DNA from: Fistulifera solaris
Lineage: Eukaryota
Reading direction: 5' to 3'
Length of the DNA stretch: 64,000 bases
Assembly: GCA_030295235.1 (NCBI GenBank)
Contig: AP026134.1
Span: 1,240,001-1,304,000 of the forward strand
Shown one piece after another: positions 25,307 to 37,083 of the stretch; position 1 is the stretch's first letter, and each line of letters begins with the position of its first letter. The position numbers and the translations under genes are program-made. The notes under the pieces were generated by a model, which saw only the letters and a list, made by a program, of their open reading frames with translations, did no database searches and was not told where the DNA came from.

Positions 25307-25334
25307 GCCAAGGACCTATTATAGGTCCTTGACC
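25307..25334. mobile_element. 28-bp palindromic mini-element (TSD CAG)
   Basis: CAAGGACCTAT-T-ATAGGTCCTTG perfect 11-bp arms; CAG at 25304-25306 and 25335-25337. Confidence 0.55.
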
Positions 25335-25352
25335 CAGGTTACCGGTCCGGTG

Positions 25353-25432
25353 GGTAAGGACGTTAAAATTCTGCCTCCCAGTACAAGATTCTACGTTGCG
25401 TCTACGACGAGGCAGAATTTTAAGGCCGTTCC
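25353..25432 (-). mobile_element. MITE family A, copy 3
   Basis: Reverse-complement match to copy 1; no intact TSD. Confidence 0.85.
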
Positions 25433-25929
25433 CGACCAGTATCGGTACCCCCTTAGCCGATAAATAATTATTTTCTCACCAAGCTACCGTAGACTGTAGA
25501 AGTGTTGCATCTTTCATCCTGTTTTGGTTTTTGAGCGGCTTAATGTCGTATTTTAGCTTACGGTAACGACAGACTAATGTTGGAGTGAGAAATGATGCTA
25601 TTTGGGGCAAGCAGACGCGAAAATGGAGAGGTCGAACTAAGACAAAGTACAGTAAGGGTCCCCGTCAGCGTCAGCCCATAATTTTTTCTAAACCATAGCC
25701 CTACCAGAGAACTTCGGCACCACAACGTGCGTAAAAGCGTATCACAGCACGCCTCTTTTTCGTTGTTTTTCCTCGACAAAAGCATAAAAGAAATAGAATT
25801 GATCGACTAGTAATTCTAGTATTTACGTCTTGAAGTTGAACGTTAATTCTTGCTCTGGCTACGTTTCGTCTCAATTGCCGGAGTTGCAATTCGGCGGGTG
25901 TTACTTTCGAGTTCTCTTTGATCAGCAGT

Positions 25930-26424
25930 ATGAATGGGAATTGGATGATCTTAGTGTCTCTCGCCCTACGGGTCTTTTCGTACACGACGCAATTGCAACG
26001 GCGACCCAAATTTGTGTTACGCTCACAAGAATCCTCCGAGGAAGAAGGAACTAGCACGATGACCGATCGATTCAAATTTCAAGTAAATGCTTTATTAGGC
26101 ATGTATGACCCCATCGGAGATCCAGAACAAGACACGGAACATTCAACGGCACACAATTTAGCCGGAGCTCTTTTGCAATTTCCGGCTCCATTTACTTTTA
26201 CAGTCGTGGGTCGGACCGTGGAAGAGAATCGTAACGAATATATCGAACTCGTGCAAAGGATTGTGCGTGCGGAGACGGGCGACGACGCGATGGCGTGCGA
26301 CGTTGTTCCTCGAGGGAGTCAATTCACCAAAGTGACGTGCACGGCGACTGTCGACAGTACGGCGGTGATATCGTCGGTACACGAGGCATTGGAAGTTCTC
26401 GAAGCTACCGTGATGAAATTTTGA
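25930..26424 (+). CDS. DUF493/YbeD-like protein, probably plastid-targeted
   Basis: Signal-like N-terminus; FP..FTF.VVG...RG..FT.VT...V.S...I..V...L......V.MKF pattern. Confidence 0.7.
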   Translation: MNGNWMILVSLALRVFSYTTQLQRRPKFVLRSQESSEEEGTSTMTDRFKFQVNALLGMYDPIGDPEQDTEHSTAHNLAGALLQFPAPFTFTVVGRTVEENRNEYIELVQRIVRAETGDDAMACDVVPRGSQFTKVTCTATVDSTAVISSVHEALEVLEATVMKF

Positions 26425-26929
26425 GTGCAATTCGGAGAAGGATGATCGTTTTCGCATTCATCGCAGTAAAAATTCCAGGTAGCTGGTGATTCATTGGGCG
26501 ATCTTGGCTGCAAAGGTTGACTTTAAAGAAGCACGTCGATTCAGCGCTTTTCTCGCCTCTGAACAAATTTTCTTCTGAGAAGTGCAGTGATTTCTAGGTT
26601 ATGACGTTGATGTGAATGCCATGCGCTTGACCACAAGAGCTTGCTCAAACGAGGAACACATTCTGAACAAGGAGGAAAAACATATATTACGCGAGTGACT
26701 TTAGCCTTGGCACTAACTTGTACCTTGTACGGAGTATTCATTAATTCGTCATTAATTCGCTCGTTTCGTCTTACAAGTTGGGATCATGCATCTTGCGGTT
26801 GCAACGCGCATTTTTCGCGCGAATCAAGACATCAAGTGATTCCTTTTAAGGCCCCATAATCCATAATATAATTATACAACGAAAGGACAAGGAAAGCGTT
26901 CTTATTATACTTCTTTTTTGCCTTTTATT

Positions 26930-28173
26930 ATGAAAGAACCTTGTATAGAAATCACACGACAATTGAAAGGCCATAACGACGCGATCAACTGCTTGGATCT
27001 TCAATCTTCTTCGTCGACTGCTTTATTGTTACTTTCAGGATCGGAGGACGGAACGGCCCGTATTTGGGACATTCGTTCTTCTGAATCATCTACTAGTACC
27101 GGTACATCCCAAGCCTGTTGTACGACACAAGGTCCTGTCACAGCCGTAGCTTGGGATACACACGATGACAAAGCATATTTCATTGCCACTGAAACAGTGC
27201 TTTCTTGGTATGATTTGCGCATGCAACGGTCAATACAAATATTTGAAAGTATGGACGAAATTAATCAAATCATTGTAGCTTCTCTGTCTTGTAATCAACT
27301 TCCGCTTGAACACAAACAGAAGAAACACCACAAGAAGAACAAAAAGCCGGTGCTGTTGACACGAAAATAATACCGACTGTGGCGTGCGCTGATGACACGG
27401 GTCAAGTGAATTTGTGGAGGAGGCATCAGCGCATCGCTGACGGCTCGTGTACGAGTCCTTTATTTCAACCGTGTCAAACCTTACAGCATAATGCCGATAC
27501 TTTGGTCTTGTCGTGTGCGTTGGATGACCATGACAAATATTTCGTCACGGGTACATCGGATTGTTGTGTTCGAATATGGTCTTGGACGACGGGACAACTC
27601 CTGTCCCAATCCAATGTCACAGCGATGCAACAAGAACAATCACAATTGTACAATCCACCCATGATACATTCCTTGACATGGATGCCCTCCTTTCCTTGCT
27701 TTGTTGCCGGTTGTGGGGATGGGAGTTTGGCGATTGGCAATACGCAAGGTGTATGGTTGTCGCGTATCGATCTGGCACACGGAGCCGCCGTAGCTGCGTG
27801 TTGCCCATTTGCAACAAAAGAATGGGGTTGTTTGGCGTCAACGGGGAATGATGGACGCATCGTCTTATGGGATATGCAATCCTTACTTTGGTCTTCCAAG
27901 ACCAATGCTACAAACCATGATCGCAAACAATCGATGTCCTGTCGATCATGGCTGTTTGGACATGATTCAATCAGGTCTATCAATCATGACGAAGAAATCT
28001 TGACATTAAACGATACCATGGAGTCCTGGAGTTTGCAACAAGAACCGCAAACACTCTTGGCGTGGGATCATGGAAAAAAGCCCAATGATATGGTGCATGC
28101 TCCAGAGACCGCACTACTGCTTGCAGATACATCACCCGACATTACTATGTACACCATTCGACCGGGTTCATGA
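26930..28173 (+). CDS. WD40-repeat protein (WDR53-like), indel ~27365
   Basis: LKGH.DAINCL...SGSEDGTARIWD, DEINQI, ACADDTG, NPPMIHSL, STGNDG.IVLWD, H.KKPN. Confidence 0.8.
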
Positions 28174-28249
28174 ACTATGAATAGACTTATGTGAAGAGAA
28201 ATATGGAGCTGAAGAATGCTTCTAACACTACTATGCTAAAGTATTGTAT

Positions 28250-28684
28250 TTAGATAGTCGTTCGCCCAATTCCGTCACCTCCCGAAACGACTACATCGGC
28301 AGCTTCTTCCTTGACAACCTTCACTTTCTTCTTTTTCAACTTCTCCTGCTTGACAGGAGATGCCGGTAAACCCGCTCGCATCCTTCGTTTTCGTTCTTGT
28401 ACTTGTCGACACAATTCTTCCGCTCGTTCGTACGACAAGACACCGTAATTGACACACCATTCTTGAGCCATAAACGAATCGGGTCGTTGTTGTAAGAGAG
28501 TTTCGTAAAAGACGCGATCGCCGAATCCTATAGAGCAGAAGTAAAGAAACAAGTGTCAGCGATACAACAGTTTAGAGCGCATTGTTGTATTTGTTTCTGT
28601 GTCGCTTTGACTTTTTTTTAACATACCCGGAGTCGGTGTCGGAAATTTCTGTCCCGGTTTCAAATCCGTTCCGTTGTCTGTCAT
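28250..28684 (-). CDS. Small basic protein of unknown function (intron 28626..28528)
   Basis: MTDNGTDLKPGQKFPTPTPG|FGDRVFYETLLQQRPDS.MAQEWC..YGVL; canonical GTATGT...TAG intron. Confidence 0.8.
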
Positions 28685-29086
28685 GTTACGTGAAGGTGAA
28701 TTGAGTAGTAGAAGAAGAATAAATCAATAGTGCAAAACGGACGAAGGTTTGCTTGCATGCGGTTTTTGTCCGCCATGGTCGCTCGCGTGCTCGCGTGTGT
28801 GTTCTTCAAATGGCTCTTGTCTCTTGCGTCTCGTTGTCGGCGGTAGGCCGAAGAATTAAGCCACGACTGACTTTTTAGTCATGAGCCTCGAAGGGATCCT
28901 ATGAAGAGGACGGTCGTACAGACGGGAGAAGGCGTTTTCTTCCATTCGTCTTATTTTTCTCGCACATGGTTGTTGCACAACCAAAAGCAGGATTAGCGAT
29001 CGAACCCTTGTTTTGCTTCATCATCTCTTTCTTTTATTCTCTATTTGTTCGGTCGACAACCGCAAACTTATACTCTCTACACAAGA

Positions 29087-29448
29087 ATGGGAGGATTAAC
29101 TGCCAAAAAGAAAGGAATCCGTTCAAAAAAGAAACAATACAAACGCAAAGTATGGTTGTGTCATCGTGATAAAGATGTCGATCAAATTCAAGAAGAAATG
29201 GAAAAGGGAACTCACAATGAAAAGCCCAATTTTGATGATGAATTGCCGGGAGGAGGGCAATTCTATTGTGTCGAGACAGGAAAGCATTTCATCAACAGCG
29301 AAGCCTTGGAGAAACACAAAAGACCAAATTCTTTAAACGAAGACTGAAGCAACTGCAAGAAGAAAAATATACACAACAAACGGCGGAATGGGCCAGTGGT
29401 ATGACTAAAGAGGTATTGCCACCGGCACATTCGGACTTACAAAAATAA
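29087..29448 (+). CDS. BUD20: ZNF593/Bud20 C2H2 ribosome-biogenesis factor (indel ~29320)
   Basis: D.DQI, DDELPGGGQFYCVETGKHFI, H.KTK.FKRRLKQL.EE.YTQ. Confidence 0.9.
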
Positions 29449-29988
29449 GATATTAGAACAAACGATGTGTGTCTTTTGTCATCGTGGCAGGGTGTGTTTC
29501 CTCTAGGAAAATAGGGTGTTCATGGGCTTTGCTTTCGTAGAGAGTCGTAGTATTTGTAACTTTGCGAAAGAGACAAGTCGATTCACCTTAACAACAACAG
29601 TCATAAGGATCAAGACGACGTTTGATATAGGTCGAGAACCAAAACTCGGGGCAACTTACCAAGTAGCGAAAATCCTTTTATTTTAATAAATTACCATTTC
29701 GTGTCGATCAACCATTAAAATTAATAAAACAATAGTAAAATTTGAAAAACACCACCTCTCTTTCTTTGACCTTGTCAGCTTCGAAAACGTGACGAGGCCA
29801 CTATACATTCCCAGAGTTTCTGAGTACGCAAGAAACTATCGCCCAGATTTTCTGGGGTGACGTGAAAATATCAAATTGACCGATTTTCTGGGGATTTCAA
29901 AGCACTACAGTATGTACCCAGATTTTCTGAAGGTGAAGGCACCGGTTGGATCACAAAGTACTGTATTCAGGTATCGGTACCGTACCTG

Positions 29989-30060
29989 GGCAACGGCGTT
30001 AAAATTCTGCGTCGTCGTAGACAATACGTAGAATCTTGTACTGGAAGCAGAATTTTACCG
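29989..30060 (+). mobile_element. MITE family A, copy 4 (right end degraded)
   Basis: CTG-GGCAACGGCGTTAAAATTCTGCGTCGTCGTAGAC...GCAGAATTTTA. Confidence 0.8.
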
Positions 30061-30269
30061 TACCGTACAGGTGCAGTGTGCAGTGGTGAACGCTCGAAGC
30101 CTCCAAGCCTCAAACTCGTCTTTAATTTAGCTCTTGTAACTCCAATCGCATGCAATAAACTAGTATAGATCGGCCTCTGTGAAACACATTTTTCAGTAGC
30201 TTATTCGAATGCCTAGTCAAAGGAGAGAAGGGAAACAACGCGTCTAAAATGAACACACACTGAGCAAAA

Positions 30270-32456
30270 ATGAAGTCACCGTCAGCAGCAGCATCATCAG
30301 CATTACTCTCGTTGCCAAGTCAAGTTTTGGTGTCCTGTAGTACCTTGAAAGCTGCCTCTTCCTCCACAACAGCAGTACCGCTTCTCGTAAGTGACGTTGG
30401 ATTATCCTTTTGGGGCGGAATTGACCCGGTGACATCGCAAATCGTCGATACACAACATCCTCTGCACGGACAATACGTACACGACAAAATACTGTGCATT
30501 CCGTCGGGACGAGGTTCTTGTACCGCATCACAAGTCTTGTTGCAACTCATTTTGAATCATAAAGCACCCAAAGCTATTGTTCTGCGTCAGAATGATCCTC
30601 TAGTGGCAGTCGGGGCGTTAGTTGCACAACATGTGTTTCAAACGGATGACGATGATTCTTTGACAATTCCAACGATTGTCAACATTGGTGTCGACGGATT
30701 TGCGCAGTTGTTGGAGTGTACAGACAAAACATTTGGACAAATGGATTCGCATGGAGGTACGACAGCGCTGTTGGTGTCATCGGATTCTGATTTGCTTGCG
30801 AGCTACAGTATGAACGATCGCATTGAGATGATACCAGAGCAATCGCTGTCTGAGGAGCAAACCGAATCAAAGTCAAATTACTTCAAACAACACAATGCAT
30901 GGACAGATTACGAACAAGAAAGATGGAATCAAGCCGAAACGGAAGCGGAACGGCTGGCACTGCAAGTCATGTATCACTATGCTCGGATTGCGATAATGGA
31001 CGATTCATCATCCGCATTACATTCGGAGGAACCATCCTATGTGTCTGTATCGCGTGCTCACATTGTACGTAAACGTCATTCTTTTCACTTGTTGCCATGA
31101 GATCGCCTTTTATGGGATACCGACGGCTAATTTACTCTTCTCTGAACATTGGTCTACTTTGCCACCTAGGACGCGTGTACGTACATCGGATCAGGCAGTC
31201 TCGCTTTGGTACAACGATTCGTCGAAAAAGGCGGTCATGTTCGAATACCAACAACGTTGAATGCGGTCTCGACTGATCGAAGACAGTGGCAACAATTGGG
31301 CGTCCCTTCGCAATATGCACAAAATGCCAATGCCTTGGGAGATGCCTATCTGCAATTGGATTGTCAACCAACATTTACGTGTGCACCTTATCTTTTGCTG
31401 TCGCCATCCTCGGAAAATACATCCACGTTTGAAGCGCAAGACTGGATTTGGGGAGAATCCAATGCCGTCGTCTATGCCAACTCGGTTCTTGGGGCGCGTA
31501 CGAACAAGACAGCTGATTATCTCGATATGTGTGGGGCATTGACTGGGATTGTTCCGAGGACTGGAATGCATTGCCCCGAGCAGCGTGTGCCGACAGGGAT
31601 ACTCGATGCCACAGCACTGACCGAGCAATCGTACATCGATCGCTGGGAGTCATCTTTGTTTTTTGCCTTGTTGGGACATGCCTGCGGGACATTGAGCGAT
31701 GGAGCTGTGCCCTTACTGGTAGGCTTGGAGCAAGTAGCTGATCGAATCACACGCGATGATTTGAAAACCTTTTGCGCTGCCTTTGGTACAACCGGCTCAT
31801 CTCCGTTGGTTCATATCGCTGGCGTTACGGCGGAAGCCAAAGATCATGAGCGAGTTGTAGAACCGTGGAAACAGTCAATTGTGGAGAGGGGAGGAAATCC
31901 AATTGTCAAAGTGACTGCTCAGTTTATGGAGAAAACATACATTTCTCTGAATTCTTGTGATACGAGTGAGCAGAAAATCGACCTGATTGCATTGGGGAAC
32001 CCCCATTTGTCGGTATCGGAATGCCAAACTTTAGTTGATTTGATTACAAAGACGGATGAAAATGAAGAAAGAAGCTCTCACGTCCGCATCATGGCATGTA
32101 TCTCACGTTCCGTTCAAGCTCAGGCTGCAGAGCAAGGTTTGATCGAACCCTTGGAGAATTTCGGAATCGAATTCATTAATGATACTTGCTGGTGTATGCT
32201 GTTGGATCCTCCTGTGATACCAGCTGCTCCAGAAGCTACTATCTTGACGAATAGCGGAAAATATGCACATTACGGACCCGGCCTAACGCAGCGCAAGCTC
32301 AAAATTGGAAGTACAGCAGATTGCATTAGCGCGGCAAGGACCGGCGTGTTTCGTCCCTCTCTACGTGCGTTTCATACAAATGCTCAACAGCAATTTCGTC
32401 GACCGCAAAGAGTCCTTTTGCTTGCTTTCCACTTTGTGTCTCGTGCATTGCGTTGA
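30270..32456 (+). CDS. Aconitase X, type I fusion (DUF126 swivel + DUF521), cis-3-hydroxy-L-proline dehydratase-like
   Basis: LSFWGGIDP, HPL.G, GRGSCT.S; AHI|DACTY (intron 31065..31169); PTTLN, TCAPY, WGESNAV.YANSVLGART, LGNPHLS, DTCWC, TNSGKYAHYGPG. Confidence 0.9.
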
Positions 32457-33009
32457 TCTCACAAAGCGGATAAAGCACCACCGCAGTTTTTGGGATAATC
32501 AAATTGACATTTATCTTACGCACAATGACACTAATAGTGTTCGTGAAACATCTCCAAAGCAGAAGAAATGCCTCTTGCGTCTGTGTATTAGGACTTGGAT
32601 GATGCGTAGCCACATCTTAGCTACAAACGCATCAATCGTCAACAGTGATTCAGGCAAAGGAGATTATTCAAGCGAGTGGGAGAGAGTACCTCATTTTACG
32701 AACTGGAAATCTCACTGTTGCTTCTCATCGTCCTTTGCAGAATTGCGCAGTATTTAGGACCAGTCCAGCATCGCAGTCTTTTGTTGACACAGCGTTCACC
32801 GGCTGCTGCTTTTCATTTGCTAGTCCGTACTTCCTTTGGTGTAGACGCTGGTCCATCTTGAATCTTGTCGACTGTCGACCAGTCGCACAGAACCCATAAA
32901 GTACAATCAAATCTTGCATGAATTAGAATGCTTTGTTCAATCATTTGTGTCGTACAATCACTTAGCCATGCTTAGTTTCATGATTCTTAATGTGAACTAA
33001 TCCGCACCA

Positions 33010-33963
33010 TTAGCTGTCATTTAGAGACAAAGGCTTTACTTTAGGGAGATCAGGATATGTTTTCCACTCTTGCCAACTGCCATCGTAAACAGACATTGCC
33101 TCACGTCTCCCGCATTCGTACAAAGCGAGATAGATAGTACAGGCTGAAACACCACTGCCACAAGTACAAATGATCTGTTTTGACTCGTCGAGGGGATCCA
33201 CGCCAATCTCATGGAAACTTTTTTCTATGTTTCCCTTTAATTTCACCGTATCACTTATACTACTGTATGGCAAATGCATCGCACCCGGCATATGCCCATC
33301 TTCCGCAAAGCTAGAACCTCGAGCATCCAATATTATTATATCTTGTCGACCGACAACGCGCTCCATCGCATCGAGATCAACTACTTGCTGAGCCCGTTCA
33401 TGTAATAGAGAAGGTTTTTGTTTCAGCTTGAGTTCATCTTGATGGACGGAGATGACGGGGTGCGTTTCTACAGCTCCTCCGCCTTGCATCCACTCGTTTA
33501 AATCAGCCTTGAGAATAGATACTTGCGTATGACCTAATGAGTGAAACGTAAACCAAACGCGCGGCAAAAACCACGAACCGTTCTGTCCGTATAAAATCAC
33601 ATGGTCTATAGTAGGGAGTATCTGGCTGTTTTCCATCCACTCCTCCAGCAGAGCACCGGAGGGTAACATATGCGACAGTGACGTAGAATTGTCGCAAATG
33701 TCGTCGATATCAAAGTATACGCTGCCAGAAATTCGTGGACCTTCCTCAAACAATTTTCGGGGGTCCAGATCTCCTTTATGATACCAAGTTGCATCTACGA
33801 ATCGCGCAGTCCCTCGTTTCTGGATCGCCTCTTGCAAAGATATCAGGGCGGGCGCTTTTAATAGCAATGAATGCATCCGGGTTTGCCTTCTTGAGGGGAT
33901 GAGAAATCCGAACAGTAAGCCGAAAAAGGATTGTAGGGCGAGAAAGAGAATGGCTTTCTTCAT
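33010..33963 (-). CDS. 3-mercaptopyruvate/thiosulfate sulfurtransferase (tandem rhodanese)
   Basis: DATWY, FDID.I, HMLP, GH.PGA, TCGSGVSAC active loop, VYDGSW.EW; signal+F presequence. Confidence 0.9.
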   Translation of the reverse strand: MKKAILFLALQSFFGLLFGFLIPSRRQTRMHSLLLKAPALISLQEAIQKRGTARFVDATWYHKGDLDPRKLFEEGPRISGSVYFDIDDICDNSTSLSHMLPSGALLEEWMENSQILPTIDHVILYGQNGSWFLPRVWFTFHSLGHTQVSILKADLNEWMQGGGAVETHPVISVHQDELKLKQKPSLLHERAQQVVDLDAMERVVGRQDIIILDARGSSFAEDGHMPGAMHLPYSSISDTVKLKGNIEKSFHEIGVDPLDESKQIICTCGSGVSACTIYLALYECGRREAMSVYDGSWQEWKTYPDLPKVKPLSLNDS

Positions 33964-34673
33964 TTTAAAGCAATCAAACAACATTTACAACATATTACGG
34001 AAAGAATGATATTGTCGTAGTTGTGGTTTGTGAGATGAATTGCTCCGGGTGCGGTGACCCTTTACCGGCAAATTTCCCTACGAGAGCTACGTGAATTTAC
34101 GTAGACGTTCGAGGCATTCTATATTTCAGGTTTTTGCATACTGATGCCAATATGATAACAACTATAGTTTAATTGCACGAAATATCCATGTTGAAGAAAG
34201 CAGTGATGGCATTGGTGCACCATAGACCTGAAGAAAGACACGATCGCAATTGCGCAATATCGATTAATTTCCCTACCACGGTTACGCGGGGATCACGTAG
34301 ACATGCAAAACGATGCTGGATTTATGTTTTCTACGAATTTAGCTCGATTGATGTCAATTTTTGTCTATTAAAGCGATGCTGCTATTATGAAGGCAGTGAG
34401 GATCGCATCCATAGCAAATGGACTCAAGAATTGATGAGGTCCTCAGTTTGATGCTTGCTGTGATGCAGATTGTAGAATACCGGTACCCGGTACCTTTTGA
34501 TTACGACACTATATACGATTCCAAGGAAAGGAAACTAATTTCAACCCCTCAATGTCCTTGGTTACTTACAAAGTTATGATTGCATTATTGTTGTTTGTCT
34601 CTACGACAAACAGTAAGGCATTCTGTCGATTGCTTTGTACAGAAGCTTCATGAATCTGCAGCATGCCGCATGT

Positions 34674-35589
34674 CTACGATTCCATCAAGCTGGGACCCTT
34701 TACTCGTTCACTTTTTCGCCGTGACACGCCAGATAGGAGGCTCTGTGATTCAGAGTACTTCATATGATTTCCGGCTGTGCCTCCATACCCCGGTGACGAT
34801 ATCGACTGGTTAATTTGTTCCGCCAGCTCTTCTTCTTCCTCGTCGTCCTCGTCCTCAACTGTAGTCACACGAGGACCGAAACGCAGTAATACCATCAAAA
34901 GCGCTACTGTAAACGAAGCTGCATGATATAGTCCTCCACCGCACGCAATCCCCACGGCTGCACTCATCCAAATCGACGCGGCCGTCGTCAAACCATGCAC
35001 AATCGGCTGTCCTCCACTTCCTTCACGCAGTGGTTCTTTGAAAATCATACCGGCTCCTAAAAACCGACTCCAGAGGGAATAGCAGCACTCACACGACTGG
35101 AATCCCATCCTTGTGGTCCATCGCGAAACGCTAATGTCGAGCCGCATGTGAATAAACAGGACGCGAGCGACACCAAAGCCATGGTCCGGATCCCGGCAGG
35201 ACGATCGGCTTGACGACGTTCCCAGCCAATGGCACCACCGAGTACACAGGACACTAGTAATCGTCGTGCATAGTAGATTTCTTCGCGGGTGAAATACAGT
35301 AATTTGGGACTACGGAAGATACTGACACAAGGATCGTATTGATAATCAGGATTGGGATATTCTTTTGAGTCTCCCTGCCAAACACAATTGATTTGCATGA
35401 ATGGCTCAAAAACAGCCAAAACGAAGACAGTAACACAATAGAAAACCGCGGCTGCGCAAGAAAATGACGCGATGTCATTTGGTTATTGTCGAACGAAAGC
35501 ACACAAAGAAGCTCTTTACCGAACTTACCAGCATAAAACAGCGCTTTGCTGTACGTTAGCTCTGTAAAATATACATGTTGTCGGTTCAT
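34674..35589 (-). CDS. MgtC/SapB family membrane protein (indels ~35460, ~35060)
   Basis: GG.IGWER....RPAGIRT..LV, D.SRV.A.I.SG.GFLGAG.IF, GLTTAASIW..AA.G.A.GGG. Confidence 0.85.
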
Positions 35590-36397
35590 ATTCCTAGGGC
35601 TACCAGTAATGTCATGAAAATTCAATTCTAATGGTAATTTTAAAAAGGAAAAATGGTTCTAAAGTTCATTGTATTATTACGAAGTGTTGCTACCTGGTAA
35701 CTGGTATCGTGAGTTTTGTTTATAATAATTGTCGATGCGAGTATGTTCAGTCGTTATTGAGAATTAGTCACGTGCAACGTCGCAAGACGACAAAGAGGAG
35801 GTCGCAACGAGTTTGACGACCTCTAAGTCTAACCTTACAGGACAGCGGAGTATTTTATTTTGACCTTCCCACTACTTTGTATCAAAGAAAAAGCCAACGA
35901 ACTTGTTTTCCGTTGCATTCCTTGAATCATCCGCGTTCTCTTTTCCATTTCGAAAGTACGCAGATTTTGCATTGGGCTTCATTTTTTATGTAGTGAATTT
36001 AATCGTTAAAGTTCGGCGTCCCATTTTTTGTATAGGGTCGTGGAAAGGCGCACATGGTCTTCCGGTCTTTTTCTTCACCAGTCAAGAAAATGTACTCCGG
36101 AGTACCATTTTACATTTTACCAATTGCATCAGGCAGCAGGCTGTTTGCGCTTGAAAAAGGAGCCGTACGGTACCAGGTACCAGTACACCAGTACAAGTAT
36201 ACCTATGTAATAAAGTCAGCAAGCAAACAGCGTCGCTTTATAAGAAGAGAAGCAAATTGAACGGCAGCTTCCGCCTCTCCGCCCTTAATCCGATCAAACG
36301 AAATCCTCTAGAAGCCTTGCTATTCCAACTCAAGCCGCCTCCCTATTCCATTTAAAGCATCTCGTCTCCTCCCCGTTGAGCAACGCCTACAATTTCC

Positions 36398-36976
36398 ATG
36401 ACTGCAATTGAAATTTCCAACAAAAGAGTTACCTTCTCCAAAGCTCTTTCGGAGCTGGAAGCCGCCGATAATCTTACGTCGCTCAAGTTGGAGCAAGTAA
36501 CCTTCTTTGGTACCGAACAAGACATGCGCCGTTTCAGTAGTTTCCTGCGTGGTCACCCAACGCTTGAAACCATTCACTTTCAGCAAGTCAAGGTCGGAAA
36601 CGCCAGTTTCGATTTGACATTAATTGTGTCGCAAATCTTGATTTCCGTACGATCCTTAAAAGACTTCACGCTCGATGGGTGTGACTTCAAGCCGGCTGCC
36701 CTCATTTGCCTCGCGTACCGACCTTCTCTCGTCAACTTGGCGTTGCGCAATTGCAATCTAAGTGATGCGGATGCCGAAATCTTGGCAAAATCGATTCCCG
36801 CTGGGTCTCTGGAAAGTATCGACTTGAATGGCAACAACATGTCCGATTTGGGACGCCATGCGTTCTCGACCATCATCAAGAACAACAATGTCTTGGTGAA
36901 CTCGATCTCTTTTGGGGCAAGTATCAAGTCGACCGATCGATTGGAAGCCAAGAAGGCTTCGGCCATTGCTGCCTAA
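36398..36976 (+). CDS. RNI-like leucine-rich-repeat protein
   Basis: L..L.L..CNL.D....LA, LESIDL.GNN.SD.G repeats. Confidence 0.7.
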   Translation: MTAIEISNKRVTFSKALSELEAADNLTSLKLEQVTFFGTEQDMRRFSSFLRGHPTLETIHFQQVKVGNASFDLTLIVSQILISVRSLKDFTLDGCDFKPAALICLAYRPSLVNLALRNCNLSDADAEILAKSIPAGSLESIDLNGNNMSDLGRHAFSTIIKNNNVLVNSISFGASIKSTDRLEAKKASAIAA

Positions 36977-37083
36977 AATGCTGAGCCATCATCTTCGAAA
37001 AGAAAGTGTACCGAATGGTCATCGAGTAATTCATTTGCATATTATAAAGTAACTTCATTTAAAACAGCTTAACAAATTAGCCA

